A stretch of 64,000 nt of DNA from an uncultured Chloroflexia bacterium. GTDB lineage: Bacteria > Chloroflexota > Anaerolineae > Anaerolineales > Villigracilaceae. Positions 1 through 11,326 of the stretch are shown here, one piece after another. The DNA lies in NCBI GenBank assembly GCA_963718215.1, contig CAVQYK010000031.1:396357-460356 (forward strand). The letters are read 5' to 3'. Numbering within the stretch: position 1 is the stretch's first letter; the number at the start of each line of letters is the position of its first letter. The notes beneath the pieces are model-generated. The model searched no databases and was not told the origin of the DNA. It saw only the letters and a program-made list of their open reading frames with translations. The translations under genes and the position numbers were made by a program.

Positions 1-457
1 CGCCGCCCTGATCGCCCGCATCGCGGACTTCGGCATCTCGTTCATCCTGCTGGTGATCCTTGTGATCATCTATGGGATTCCCGTCTCACCCCTGGGACTG
101 CTCTTCCTCCCGCTCATCCTACTCATCCAGCTTGCGCTCATTCTCGGGCTTGGAATTGGTTCAGCCGCCCTGAACGTTTTCTACCGTGACGTGGATCCCC
201 TGCTCAAACTGGTCATCCAGATCTGGTTCTACGCCTCCCCGATCCTGTACCCGGTCTCCCTCGTCCCGGAGAAGTGGCAATGGCTGTACTTCCTCAACCC
301 AATGGCGGGCATTATTGCCGCCTACCGCGACGTGTTGATCTACAACCGCCTGCCGGGCGATTACCTCCTGCCTGCCGCGGTTACCTCCCTGCTCATCCTT
401 GTGGCGGGATATTGGTTCTTCAAACGCGTCGAATACCAGTTCGCCGACATCATCTAG
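1..457 (+). CDS. wzm: ABC-2 type polysaccharide export permease (Wzm/TagG-like), 5'-truncated by window edge
   Basis: Hydrophobic ORF with FYRDV, WFYASPILYP, LNPMAGII..YR and C-terminal FADII motifs typical of Wzm/TagG. Confidence 0.9.
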   Translation, partial: AALIARIADFGISFILLVILVIIYGIPVSPLGLLFLPLILLIQLALILGLGIGSAALNVFYRDVDPLLKLVIQIWFYASPILYPVSLVPEKWQWLYFLNPMAGIIAAYRDVLIYNRLPGDYLLPAAVTSLLILVAGYWFFKRVEYQFADII

Positions 458-464
458 TATCTCA

Positions 465-2032
465 ATGAAGCCCCCTCTTGTCAGTGTCATCATCCCTGCC
501 TACAACCAGGCTGAATTTCTGGCCGAGACGATTCAAAGCGTCCTCAACCAGACCTACCAGAACTTCGAGATCGTCGTCGTCAACGACGCCTCCACCGACA
601 ACACGGACGAGGTCGTGGTTCAGTTGACCGACCCGCGCCTGAAGTACATCGTCCACCAGAAGAACCAGAGACTTTCCGCCGCCCGCAATACCGGCATCAA
701 CGCCTCCAAAGGCGAGATACTCTTCCTTTTGGATGCAGATGACCTGTTCCACCCCGAAAAACTCCAGGCGCATGTCAAATTCCTGGACGAACACCCCGAG
801 ATTGGCGCTTCCTATAATACGCGCTTCGAGTTGAACCACTCCTCGAACACCGTCCGCGAGATGTGGCGTCCGCCGCTCTCGGTGACCTTGAAGGACCTGA
901 TCCTTACCTTCCCATTTGCCCCCAGCGACATGGTCGTGCGGCGGGAGTGGGCGTTCAAGGTGGGACTCTTCGACCCGTCAGTGGGGACCGCGGAGGACAC
1001 GGATTTCCCGTGCAGGCTGGCGCTGGCGGGCTGTCAGTTTGCCGGCATCGACCGCGCCCTGAACTATCGCCGCTACCACTCCGGGCGCGGACGCAAGAAC
1101 CTGCCGGGGCGCATCGGCGATGTGGAGCAGGTACAGGCGGCGGTCTTTGCCGACCCGCGTTGCCCGCAGGAAGTCCGTCGATCTGGGGCGGATGGCGATC
1201 AAGCATCACCTGATCGTCATCGTCTCGCTGGCGCTCATCCAGAACGAGACCGAACTCGCCCACAAATATATCCGTGAATTGGTGGCGCTCGACCCGTCGG
1301 TGGTGCAGGGCAACCCCTGTGAATTGGTCGAGTTCATGCTCTCGGAGTGCATCGCCGACGAAAACGTGGATCACGAAGCGTTATTGAATCAGGTCTTTGA
1401 CCAGTTTCCGCCCGAATTATCGGCGCTCTCCACCCAATATGATTGGGCTGTCGCGCGCGGCTGGCTTTGGAGGGGAATCCGCGCCGTGATCTGGGGCAGG
1501 GAGGCGGATGGACGTGCTCATTTTGCCCGGGCGGTCAAACGGGGCGCCGGCATCGATGAATCCCTGATGCAGTTGACCACGTATCACCTGTTGGGATATG
1601 AAACCGAGTTCGGCACGGACGCGGTCATGTGGGTGCTGTCAGCGTTGAGTCCGCTCATTAATCAGGTGGCAGGACGCGGCGGGGATCGAACTCGAAGCGT
1701 CCTATCTCATCAACCGCGCGTTCGACGGGTATCACGGAGGGGCATACAAAAGAATCCCCGCAATGGTCATGCGCGCATGGAAGAAGGACCCGTCGTATCT
1801 TGGGAATCGCGGCGTCCTGTCCATTTTCCTGCGCTCGCTGATGGTCGGCGCGGGGGTTGGGTCAGAGGCCGTGGTGGGGAACGGCGTGTTCCTGGGGATG
1901 AACGGTGTGGTCAATGGCGGCCTGTCTGTTGGGGATTTCGCGTTCGTCGGCATGTCTTCCAATGTTGTAAAAAGTGTCGAAGCCCGGCAAATGGTGTTTG
2001 GCAACCCGGCCAGGCCGATACCCAGGCCCTGA
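465..2032 (+). CDS. GT2 glycosyltransferase with helical C-terminal extension; frameshifted (~1180, ~1690); ends in an acetyltransferase-like tail
   Basis: VSVIIPAYN, VVVNDAST, SAARNTG, LDADD motifs; reading continues through ORF-track frames 1120..2037 and 1763..2032. Confidence 0.8.
1845..2032 (+). pseudogene. C-terminal fragment of a NeuD/PglD-like hexapeptide acetyltransferase
   Basis: VGNGVFLGMNGVV..LSVGDFAFVGMSSNVVKSV..VFGNPAR are left-handed beta-helix repeats plus the GNPA end motif; no N-terminal domain is present. Confidence 0.65.
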
Positions 2033-2084
2033 CCTGAAAATTACAGTCTGGCAGGGCTTTATCCCAAAGCGGTGGAGTAATCCC

Positions 2085-2350
2085 ATGAAAAAAGTGGCTA
2101 TCATTCAATCGAACGACATTCCCTGGAAGGGATATTTCGACATCATCCACGATGTTGACCTCTTCGTCTTCCTGGACGATGTACAGTACACCGTCCGTGA
2201 CTGGCGCAACCGGAACTTGATCAAGACGCCGCGTGGGCTGCATTGGCTGACGGTGCCGGTGGGGTGCGACCGGGACCGGTTGATCCACGAGGTGCAAATT
2301 CTGGATGATAATTGGGCAAAATGCCATTGGGAAACGCTGAAACAGAATCG
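2085..2350 (+). pseudogene. WbqC-like protein, N-terminal fragment only
   Basis: MKKVAIIQSN(D)IPWKGYFDII..FVFLDDVQYT.RDWRNRNLIKT matches the WbqC N-terminus; similarity stops after ~88 aa; SD-like GGAG upstream. Confidence 0.75.
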
Positions 2351-2390
2351 TACTTTCCATTTTTCTGCGCTCGCTCGTAAAAAAATTCTC

Positions 2391-3713
2391 ATGAAAATAC
2401 TCATGGTCTCCTACGACATGCAGGATTTCGGCGGGCTGGAGGAATACGCCGTCAACCTGGCGATCGGGCTGAAAGGACAGGGGCAGGCTGTCAGTTGGTT
2501 GTCTGCGGCGTGGGTGAGTCCCGAAAACCAGTATGCCCGCAGGCTGAAGGATGCAGACATCCCCCTCGTCCAGCCGCCGGAATGGATCTCCAAACCCGCC
2601 TCGGACTGGGATACGAAGGAACGCATCCTGCGTGGATTGATGCTGGTGCTCAGTCCCCTGACCTTTTTCCTCGGTTTGGGCTTATCCCTGCTAAAGAGAC
2701 GCTCTTTCAACCAGGCCTGGACCAGTTCCCACAACTGGCTCAAAGGCAGATTGATGGACGGCTTCATCGGGATCGATTACCGCAAGCCGGTCGGGCGCCT
2801 CCTGCTGAACTGGTGGAACTGGCGCTGGCGCCCCGAAATAATCCACATCCAGGGCTACACCACCACGTTGCTGTTCGTCATTGACTGGGCGCATGCGAGG
2901 GGTATCCCGGTCGCCTATGAGGAACACCAGACCCCCGACCCGCAGTTCAACTGGTGGAAGGGGTTCGAGAGCACCATCAACAAAGCGGACCGGGTCATCG
3001 CGGTCTCGGAGAAAAGCGCGGAGGGACTGCGCGAAGTCTGCAAGGTCACGCGTCCCATCGTGGTGCGCGGACCGCTCCTCTCCGACCCATTCAATGGCGC
3101 GTGGCACAGGGACTACGCCCAACCGGCGGCGCGTCCGTTCACCATTACCACGCTGGCGCGGCTGTACGTCACGAAGGGCTTGACCCACCTGCTCGACACA
3201 GCGGCGCTGGCGAAGCAGACTCATCCGAATATCCAGTTCAAGGTGTACGGCGAGGGCGAGTTGCGCGGGGAACTGCTTGAAAAAGCGGAACGGCTCGGTC
3301 TGGACGGCAAATCCATATTCCCCGGTGCGTTTTCCAGTCGCGAGGAATTGACCCGTATCATGAACAACACTGACATTTTCCTGCTCTCCTCCATCCTAGA
3401 AGGTCAGCCGCTGGTCATTGTGGAAGCGATGGCGTATGGCTGTCCCATTGTTTCGACGAACGTTGGCGGCATCCCCGAACTCATCACCGACGGCGTCAAC
3501 GGCTTGTTGTGTCCGCCGCAGGAGCCGCGATGCCTGGCGGAGAAGATCAGGATGTTGGTTGACGATCTTGCCGCACGCGAACGGCTGGGGCGCGCGGCGC
3601 GCAAATTCTACGAAAACAGTCCCTTCGAGGCGAAGGCGGCGGCGAAATTTTTCATTGAGGTTTATGGCAAAGTGCTCGAAGAGAGGAAAATGCCTGTGGG
3701 GATGAAGCAGTGA
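2391..3713 (+). CDS. GT4 glycosyltransferase
   Basis: MKILMV start; EGQPLVIVEAMAYGCPIVSTNVGGIPE motif. Confidence 0.9.
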   Translation: MKILMVSYDMQDFGGLEEYAVNLAIGLKGQGQAVSWLSAAWVSPENQYARRLKDADIPLVQPPEWISKPASDWDTKERILRGLMLVLSPLTFFLGLGLSLLKRRSFNQAWTSSHNWLKGRLMDGFIGIDYRKPVGRLLLNWWNWRWRPEIIHIQGYTTTLLFVIDWAHARGIPVAYEEHQTPDPQFNWWKGFESTINKADRVIAVSEKSAEGLREVCKVTRPIVVRGPLLSDPFNGAWHRDYAQPAARPFTITTLARLYVTKGLTHLLDTAALAKQTHPNIQFKVYGEGELRGELLEKAERLGLDGKSIFPGAFSSREELTRIMNNTDIFLLSSILEGQPLVIVEAMAYGCPIVSTNVGGIPELITDGVNGLLCPPQEPRCLAEKIRMLVDDLAARERLGRAARKFYENSPFEAKAAAKFFIEVYGKVLEERKMPVGMKQ

Positions 3714-5019
3714 CCAGCCCGCGAAAAGAAGCGTCCGCCCGTCCCATGAAAATCGCCCACTGCCTGCCCGATCAGGGCTGGGTGGATGAGATGCGCGGGC
3801 AAGATCCGCGCGATGCGGCGCACATCCAGCAAAAATACATCGCCGATGGTTTGCGCGCGCGCGGACATTCCGTCGCGTGGGTCGCGCCGCAGGGACTGGA
3901 GGAAGTCTGCGTGAGCGACCTGACCGAGACCGAATTTGCGCCGCGCACGTGGACGAGGCGCCGCTGGTTCGATCTGGTGGGCAGGCTTGTTTGGAAGGTT
4001 CAGCAGTCTTTTCGTGTCCCGTACTTGAACTATTTTTCGAACCTGCGCCGCTACGACGCCTGCCTTCAGGTCCTGCCCGTTTACGACGTCGTTTTCGAGC
4101 GCAACAGTTTATACAACGCGGGCGCGGCAATGGCGTGCAAAAAACTTGACATGCCTTACGTGATGTTCTTCGATGCCGACCAGATCGCCGAACTCGATTA
4201 CATGGGCAAGCCGCTCACGGGGCTGCTCCGCTGGCGCGCCGTCAACCTGCTCCGATACAATCTGGGAGTTGCCCGCCGCGTCGTTTGCGTTTCGGACATC
4301 GCGAAGGATCACCTGATGAAGAATTGGGATGTGCCGGCGGACAAACTGGTCGTCCTGCCCAATGCGGTGGACGTGGCACGCTTCCAACCGGACCCGAAAC
4401 TGGGTGCCCAGACCCGCGCCTCCCTCTCGCTGAGGACCCATCCGATCCTCGTGTTCGTGGGCAGTTTCTACCAGTGGCATGACATTGCCACATTGCTGAA
4501 GGCGTTCGCAGTCGTGTTGAAAACACATCCCGACGCGCGCCTCATCCTGGTGGGGGACGGGACGGAGCGCGAGAGGATGACGAACTCTCCGTTGACCTGG
4601 GCATTGCACACGCGGTCAGCTTCACAGGTTTTGTCGGGCGGGAGGATGTCGTCCGCTATGTCAACGCGGCGGATATTGCCGTCGTCCCGGTCCCCAAAAT
4701 GGAACGGGAGATGTGGCTCTCGCCGATGAAACTCTTCGAGTACATGGCTTCGGGCAAGGCGGTCGTCGCCTCCGCGATGGGGCAGGTCAGGGACGTGGTC
4801 AAGGACGGCGAGAACGGCTTGCTCGTCCCGCCCGGCGACGAAACGGCGCTGGCGGATGCTGTCAACAGGCTGATCGAGGATGTGTCCCTGCGCGAACGGC
4901 TGGGGATGCAGGCGCGCGAGGACGCGGTGCGCTATCACTCGTGGGAGCAGTACCTCTCGCGTCTTGAGGCGGTGTTCCTGGACGCCCATCTTTCATCGAT
5001 GCAGGGGACAGCGAAATGA
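3710..5019 (+). CDS. GT4 glycosyltransferase (frameshift ~4580)
   Basis: PNAVD, FVGSFYQWH, SPMKLFEYMASGKAVV motifs across two frames. Confidence 0.85.
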
Positions 5020-6261
5020 AGGTGTTATTTCTTTCCAACATGTATCCCCCGCACGTCATCGGCGGGTACGAAGCCCTGTGCCAGGAGGCGGTGGAGGGAT
5101 TCGCTCGTCTCGGGCATCAGGTTTCAGTGTTGACGAGCACCTACGGCTACGACCGCGAGTTCTCCGAAGGGAACATCCACCGCCTGCTGTCGCTGGAAGG
5201 CGACCTGCAGTTCTACAAGATGAAGGATGCGTGGTCATATCCGCAACGCCGACAGCGAAATCTGGAACATCTGCGCCGGTTGGTCGCAGCTGAGAAACCA
5301 GACATTATTTTCATCTGGGGCATGTGGAATTTATCCCGCAGTGTGGCTCTCGAAGCGGAACGGCTCATGGGTCCGCGCGTGGTGTATTACCTCGCCAATC
5401 CGTGGCCCATCGAGGCGAACATGCACCAGCAATTCTGGGATGCCCCCGCCACATCATTCGTCAAAACCCTCGCCAAGCGACTCCTCCGCATTCCTGCCCG
5501 GTTCGATACTGAGCAAGGAATGGGAGAAGGTCCCGCTCCAGTTCGAACATGCGCCGTGTTGCTCCGCCGCCCAGCGTGACCAACTACTGGAGGCGGGAGT
5601 CCCGCTCAAGGACGCGCCGGTCATCTACGAAGGCGTGGACCTGACGAACTACCTCGCCCAGGCGGAGAGGCGCACGTACGAGACGAACGGTTCCCTCTCG
5701 CTGGTCTTCGTCGGCATTCTGGCGGAGCATAAAGGGGTGCATACCCTCCTCGAGGCGCTGAGTCAGTTGTCGGCGGGGGAGCGGAGGCGTCTCCATCTCA
5801 CGATCCTGGGCAAGGGACATCAGCAGTACGAGGCGCGTCTGCACAGTCTCGTGGATCAGCATCAGTTATCCAATGTGGTCGAGTTCCAAAAGCCGATCCC
5901 GCGCGCCGACCTGCCGGAATTTCTCGGCAAATTCGACGCCCTGCTCCTGCCCTCGGTCTGGGCGGAGCCGCTGGCGCGCATCATGCAGGAGGGACTGGCG
6001 TGCGGCATGGCGGTGGTCGGCTCGGCGAACGGCGGGACGGCGGAGACCATTGTCCACGGCGAGAACGGCTTGCTGTTCCAGCCTGGCGACGCGGCGGATT
6101 TGGCGAAACAGGTACTGCGTCTACTGGGGGAACCATCCCTCCTGCGCAAACTGGCGGAGGGGGGCAGGAAGACCGCCGAGGAACGGTTCGACATCCACAA
6201 AATGGTCGCCAATCTCGAAGCCTATTTGATGAAAGTGGTTGAAAACAATCGTGTCCACTGA
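5016..6261 (+). CDS. GT4 glycosyltransferase (frameshift ~5505)
   Basis: MKVLFLSNMYPP..GGYE start; HKGVH and EPLARIMQEGLACG motifs. Confidence 0.85.
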
Positions 6262-7473
6262 AAATCCCCTCGTCAGCGTCATCATTCCCAATTACAACCA
6301 CGCCCGCTTCCTGGGCGATGCCGTCCGCAGTGTGCTGGAGCAGACCTACCGCCCCGTCGAGATCGTCGTCGTGGACGACGGCTCGACCGACAACAGCGGC
6401 GAGGTGGCGGCGCGCTTCGGCGACCAGATCCGCTACATCTACCAGACCAACGCGGGCTTGTCCGCCGCGCGCAACACAGGCATCCGCGCCGCGAAGGGAG
6501 CGCTGATCGGCGTGCTGGACGCAGACGATATGTATGAGCCGAACTTCCTCGAGACGCTGGTCGAGGCATTGCAGGCGGACCCCGATGCGGACGGCGTGTA
6601 TTGCGGGTATCAGTTCGTGGACGAGACGAACAACCCCCTGCCGCAGATCGAGAACCGCCCGGTTCCCAGCGCGGACCTGTACACTGCCCTGCTCGACGGC
6701 AACTTTTTCGTCCCCGAATCCATCTTCCTGCGGCGGCGCGTCTATGACGACGTCGGCTTCTTCGACGAGTCCCTGCGGGCGTGCGAGGACTGGGATGTCT
6801 GGCTGAGGGCGGCGAAGAAATACCGCATCATCCACTCGCCTCACATCCTGACCCGCCACCGCGTCCTCGCAGGGAGCATGTCCACCGACCCGCTGCGGAT
6901 GCTGACCGCCCGCCTGGCCGTGCTGAAGAAACACGTCGGCGAAGAGCCAGCCTCGGCGGGGACCTCTGCCGTCCACCGTGCCTACGGACGCGCCTACCTC
7001 GGCTCCTGCGTGGAGTACCTGCAATACGGTCACCCTGACCGGGCCTACGAGTGCTTCCAAAAGATGGCGAATATCTGCCCGGACCTGCTAGTCGAAGTGG
7101 ACACCTACTACCAGCTCGGGTGCGGCGACCAGCCCAAGGGCCAGATGGGCGACCTGGCGTCTCTGAACGTGAGGCGGAACAGCGTCCCCCTGCTCGGCAT
7201 GATGGACCGCCTGTTCGCTGATCCCTCCACAGCGGAGGAGATCAAACGCCTCCAGCGCGCCGCCCGGGCCCGCATGTTCCACTCGCTTGGACTGCTCGCC
7301 TACGGCACGCGCGAGTTCGACCAATCCCGCCGCTTCTTCCGCCGGGCGGTTCAAAACGACCCCCGCCTGCTGTTCGACCCTGCCCTGCTCTCACGCGGGG
7401 TCAAATCCCTGCTGGGACCGCGCCTGTTCGAGCGGCTCAAGAACCTCGCCGCCGGACGGACTTTGCCGGATGA
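6239..7473 (+). CDS. GT2 glycosyltransferase
   Basis: VSVIIPNYN, VDDGSTD, LDADD, EDWDVWLR; probable true stop is the TGA in the ATGA overlap at 7470-7473 (ORF track runs on to 7726, likely an indel). Confidence 0.85.
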
Positions 7474-8699
7474 AACTTCTCTTCCTCAGCAACTTCTATC
7501 CTCCCGCCAGCCGTGGCGGATACGAGCAATGGTGTGGGGAAGTCACCGAAGGCTTGCGAAGCCGCGGTCACGATGTGCTGGTCCTCACCAGCACCCACGG
7601 ACGCGGCAACCTCCCGAATCTCCCGATCCCGAACTGGGTGCGGCGCGACCTGCACCTCGAAATGGAGTTCGCCTCGCTCCGCAACGCCTTCCAGTTTTTC
7701 ACCAGCCGCAGGCAGCGCGAACTTGAGAACCTGTCCCTGCTTCGAAAAACAGTCGAAAATCACCGCCCCGACGCAATCCTTGTCTGGGGGATGTGGAATT
7801 TCCCCCGCTCGCTCCCCGCCCTTGCCGAGGAACTTCTGCCCGGCAGGGTTGCCTACTACATCGGCGATTACTGGCTTACCCTGCCCAGCCAGTTCGAGAA
7901 CTACTGGAACGCCCCCGCCCGCAATCCGCTCACGGGGCTTCCCAAACTGCTCCTGCGCCCCTTCGCCCGCCGCATCCTTGCGCGCGAACCGCGTCCTGCC
8001 CTCAAGGTGGAACACGCCCTCTTCCCGTCCGCCTTCATGCGCGAGGAACTCAGGCGCAAGGGTATTTCGCCAAAAAATGCAACAATCATTTACGGCGCGA
8101 TAGACACCCATCCGTACCTGGGTCAGCGTGCCGAACGGCAGGGTGAAGCCGTATCCCTGCTTTACGTCGGGCGTGTCACTCATGAGAAGGGCGTTCATAC
8201 CGCTGTCGAAGCGGTGGCGCAGCTTGTGCATGAGCACGGTCTCACGAACCTGAAACTGACGGTCGTGGGCGACGGCGACGCGGAGTACGTGAGCCGCCTC
8301 CATCAACTTGTGCAGGAGAGGAACCTCGCCTCCTTTGTGGACTTTTTGCCTGCCCAGCCAAAAGAAGCCCTGCCCGCCCTCTATCATCGCTCCGACATCC
8401 TCCTTTTCACGTCCATCTGGGCGGAGCCGTTTGGGCGGGTGATCGTCGAGGCGATGGCTTCAGGTGTGGTCGTAGTTGGGACGGCGGTGGGCGGCGCGGC
8501 GGAGATCCTCGTTGACGGCAAAAACGCCCTCACATTTACAGCCGATAATTCCGCCAGCCTGACCCGCCAGTTGAAGCGATTGATCGATTCTACCCGCCTT
8601 GCGCGAACGGCTGGCAGAGTCGCCCGCCGGACCGCCACCGACAAGTTCGACCTCCGCCGCATGACCGAAGAGATAGAAAGATACCTGCACAACCTATAA
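7470..8699 (+). CDS. GT4 glycosyltransferase (paralog of 5016..6261)
   Basis: MKLLFLSNFYPP..GGYE, WGMWN, EKGVH, EPFGRVIVEAMASG. Confidence 0.9.
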   Translation: MKLLFLSNFYPPASRGGYEQWCGEVTEGLRSRGHDVLVLTSTHGRGNLPNLPIPNWVRRDLHLEMEFASLRNAFQFFTSRRQRELENLSLLRKTVENHRPDAILVWGMWNFPRSLPALAEELLPGRVAYYIGDYWLTLPSQFENYWNAPARNPLTGLPKLLLRPFARRILAREPRPALKVEHALFPSAFMREELRRKGISPKNATIIYGAIDTHPYLGQRAERQGEAVSLLYVGRVTHEKGVHTAVEAVAQLVHEHGLTNLKLTVVGDGDAEYVSRLHQLVQERNLASFVDFLPAQPKEALPALYHRSDILLFTSIWAEPFGRVIVEAMASGVVVVGTAVGGAAEILVDGKNALTFTADNSASLTRQLKRLIDSTRLARTAGRVARRTATDKFDLRRMTEEIERYLHNL

Positions 8700-8724
8700 T
8701 CCCCCAAATACGCATTACAAGAAA

Positions 8725-8755
8725 GATGCCGGCATATGACACCAGCATCCTTTTC
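8725..8755 (+). terminator. Imperfect hairpin plus T-run after the GT4 gene; related to the hairpin at 9845
   Basis: GATGCcGG..CCaGCATC followed by CTTTT. Confidence 0.45.
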
Positions 8756-8861
8756 AAAGAATCACGTATTCGGGATCTTGTTGGTGTGGATGATCACTCA
8801 CGTTGCTGGCGTGGGCTCTGGCTCAATCGGCTAGTTGGACCATACTGCCTGATAATGCCCG

Positions 8862-8870
8862 TGCTATAAT
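8862..8870 (+). promoter_or_regulatory. Extended -10 promoter (TGcTATAAT), probably giving a leaderless mRNA for the PIN gene
   Basis: TG-n-TATAAT ends 8 nt before ATG 8879; no SD sequence. Confidence 0.6.
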
Positions 8871-8878
8871 TAAAACTA

Positions 8879-9319
8879 ATGAAACCCGTAATCTATCTTG
8901 ATACTTGCAGCATACAACGCCCGCTGGATAGCAAATCCCAACTCCGTATTGCACTAGAGGCGGAAGCTGTGTTGGGTATTCTATCGCTGGCAGAAGCAAA
9001 CAAGGTGAATTTGGTTTCTTCAGAAATCCTGTTGTTCGAAATTATTCGAAACTCGAACCAGATCCGCAAGGAGTATGCGTTGGAAGTGGTTGCAAAAGCA
9101 AAAGACTATGTGAGCATGAATTCCAAAATCGAAAAGCGTTCGAGAGAACTGGTTGATCTCGGCATTCACTTTTTGGATGCAGTTCATCTAGCTTCCGCCG
9201 AGAGCGCCCACGTGAATTATTTTTGTACTTGCGATGATGCCCTTTTGAAGAAGGCAAAGAAAACATCGGGCTTAAAAGTAAAGGTCGTTTCCCCGCTTGA
9301 ACTGGCAGAGGAGTTATAA
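8879..9319 (+). CDS. PIN-domain (VapC-like) ribonuclease toxin
   Basis: IYLDTC, EAEA, LDAVHLASA, FCTCDD acidic PIN residues; AT-rich relative to flanks. Confidence 0.85.
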   Translation: MKPVIYLDTCSIQRPLDSKSQLRIALEAEAVLGILSLAEANKVNLVSSEILLFEIIRNSNQIRKEYALEVVAKAKDYVSMNSKIEKRSRELVDLGIHFLDAVHLASAESAHVNYFCTCDDALLKKAKKTSGLKVKVVSPLELAEEL

Positions 9320-9320
9320 A

Positions 9321-9542
9321 ATGATAGCAAACACCCTTCCGCTTGCTGAAATTACCAAAGAGGCTTTACAAGTCCTCTATAAAGAAATCGGCGTGGTGAA
9401 CACCATCCGCTTTGTAAATCAATTCTCCACTGGTTACGGCGATTACACAGGGGAACGTAAAATCCTCTTTGCCGATATGACTTTGGACGATTTGCTAAAA
9501 GAAATGTCTAAGTCAAAACTAAAACCACCCAAAGGAAAGTAG
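9321..9542 (+). CDS. Small protein, putative antitoxin partner of the PIN toxin
   Basis: 73 aa, starts 1 nt after the PIN stop; ALQVLYKEIGVVNTIRF..GYGDYT.ER pattern resembles small proteins commonly adjacent to PIN genes. Confidence 0.6.
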   Translation: MIANTLPLAEITKEALQVLYKEIGVVNTIRFVNQFSTGYGDYTGERKILFADMTLDDLLKEMSKSKLKPPKGK

Positions 9543-9546
9543 ATCG

Positions 9547-9582
9547 AAAAGAGCGTCGAGAAATATTCTTGACACTCTTTTT
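9547..9582. terminator. Bidirectional intrinsic terminator
   Basis: AAAAGAGcGTCgAGAA-ATA-TTCTtGACaCTCTTTTT inverted repeat immediately after the stop at 9542. Confidence 0.7.
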
Positions 9583-9844
9583 ACTCGTTATTGTGACCAC
9601 TTTTTCTGAGTAATGGTTGAGCCTGTCGAACATCCCAACGAAGGGATCAAGCTCCCTGAGCGGATGACCGAAAAGATGGTTTCTCAGGTGTTGCCACGTT
9701 GCACTTCGCAGACGCGTGCAGAAGCAAAAGCACTTATGAGTGGCGAGACGAATTCATTGAGTTTCAGTGTGTCATTGGAACCCAAAGCCTTTTTACTCGG
9801 GCAGATGCGCAAGTCATGCGTAGGACACTAATCGCGTTCTACTA

Positions 9845-9868
9845 GATGCCGGTGTTCTCACCGGCATC
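9845..9868. repeat. Perfect palindrome (REP- or terminator-like)
   Basis: GATGCCGGTG-TTCT-CACCGGCATC, followed by a T-rich tract. Confidence 0.6.
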
Positions 9869-10144
9869 CGATTTCTTTATTGCTAATAAATTTCTAAGCG
9901 CCTATGCCTCTTACGGTTTTGCACATTGTAGTAACCTCCCTCCGCTTAATGGGGAACGGTAATTGGTTGGATTTGGATACAGTCCAGTCGGATCATAGAG
10001 ATTTGTCAGGTTCCATATCCATACACCCATTTGTTGTACGACATCGGATTGTTTACATCTCCATCCATATATCCCGTGTTATAAAACGCCCATAGTTGAT
10101 CGCATAATGCCTTGCCCTCAAATACACCAACTGATTGTAATCCA

Positions 10145-11326
10145 ATGAAGATTCTTTTTCTCTCGCGCTGGTTCCCCTACCCGATGAACAACGGCTCGAA
10201 AATCCGCATCTACAACCTCCTGCGCGGTCTGAGCCGGCATCACGAGGTGACCCTGCTCAGTTTTGCGGACCAGCCCGGGGTGAGTCCCGAAGCGCCGGAA
10301 ATCCGCGCGGTCTGCTCGAAAGTGCAGGTCATACCGTGGCGGGAGTTCGATCCCGCCACCGCCCGCGCCCGTTTCGGATTCCTCAGTCTCAAACCGCGCT
10401 CCGTTGTGGACACCTTCTCGCCCGAAATGGCAGGGGCGATCACGCGGACATTGATCGAAGGGAAGTTTGACCTGATCATCGCGTCGCAACTGCAGATGGC
10501 AGCGTATTACCCGTATTTTCAGGATGTGCCCGCCGTGTTCGAGGAACTGGAGATCGGCTTGTTCCACGACCAGGCTTTTTCTGTGGATGGAAGAATCCGC
10601 CTCCGCCAGGCCCTGACCTGGTTCAAGCTTCGCACCTACCTTTCCCGCCTCCTCGACTCGGTCCAAGCGGTGACGGTTGTCTCCGCGCGAGAGCGTGACT
10701 TGCTGGCGCGGAACTTCCCGCGCTACCGCCGAACGGTGGAGGTCATCCCGAACTGCCTGAACATGGACGAGTATAAAAACATCAGGGCGGAGAAAAAGGC
10801 AAACACCTTGATCTTTGCCGGTCCGTTCAAGTACCATGCCAACTATGATGCGATGAAATGGTTCGTGGGGGAGGTCTTCCCGCTGATCCTGGAGCGGATT
10901 CCCGATGCGCACTTGATCATCACCGGCGACCACCAGAACCTGCCCCTGCCTTCGACGAAAAACATCACCCTGGCGGGCTACGTGGACGATGTCAAATCGC
11001 TGACCGCCTCCTGCACGATGAGCATTGCGCCGCTCCTGAGCGGTGGCGGGACGCGCCTGAAGATCCTCGAGGCGATGGCGCTGGGCACGCCCGTAGTCGC
11101 CACTTCCAAAGGCGCGGAGGGGCTGGATGCCCGAACGGGGGAACACCTTTTGATCGCAGATTCAGCGGGGGATTTTGCAGAGTCAACCGTCAGATTGTTG
11201 AAAGAGGCGGGGTTACGTCAGCAGCTTGCGGCAAATTCCCAAAAAATTGTTCGTGAAAAGTATGACTGGGGGGGTATAATGCCATCTTTCCTGCAATTGC
11301 TTGCGGGAATCCCCAAAAACATTTGA
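10145..11326 (+). CDS. GT4 glycosyltransferase
   Basis: MKILFLSRWFPYP.NNGSKIR; GGGTRLKILEAMALGTPVV. Confidence 0.9.
   Translation: MKILFLSRWFPYPMNNGSKIRIYNLLRGLSRHHEVTLLSFADQPGVSPEAPEIRAVCSKVQVIPWREFDPATARARFGFLSLKPRSVVDTFSPEMAGAITRTLIEGKFDLIIASQLQMAAYYPYFQDVPAVFEELEIGLFHDQAFSVDGRIRLRQALTWFKLRTYLSRLLDSVQAVTVVSARERDLLARNFPRYRRTVEVIPNCLNMDEYKNIRAEKKANTLIFAGPFKYHANYDAMKWFVGEVFPLILERIPDAHLIITGDHQNLPLPSTKNITLAGYVDDVKSLTASCTMSIAPLLSGGGTRLKILEAMALGTPVVATSKGAEGLDARTGEHLLIADSAGDFAESTVRLLKEAGLRQQLAANSQKIVREKYDWGGIMPSFLQLLAGIPKNI

Noticed and set aside
9613-10095. ORFs 9613..9831 and 9904..10095
   Set aside because: No SD or convincing motifs; the faint likeness of TRAEAKALMSG to a GIY-YIG nuclease tail is too weak to call
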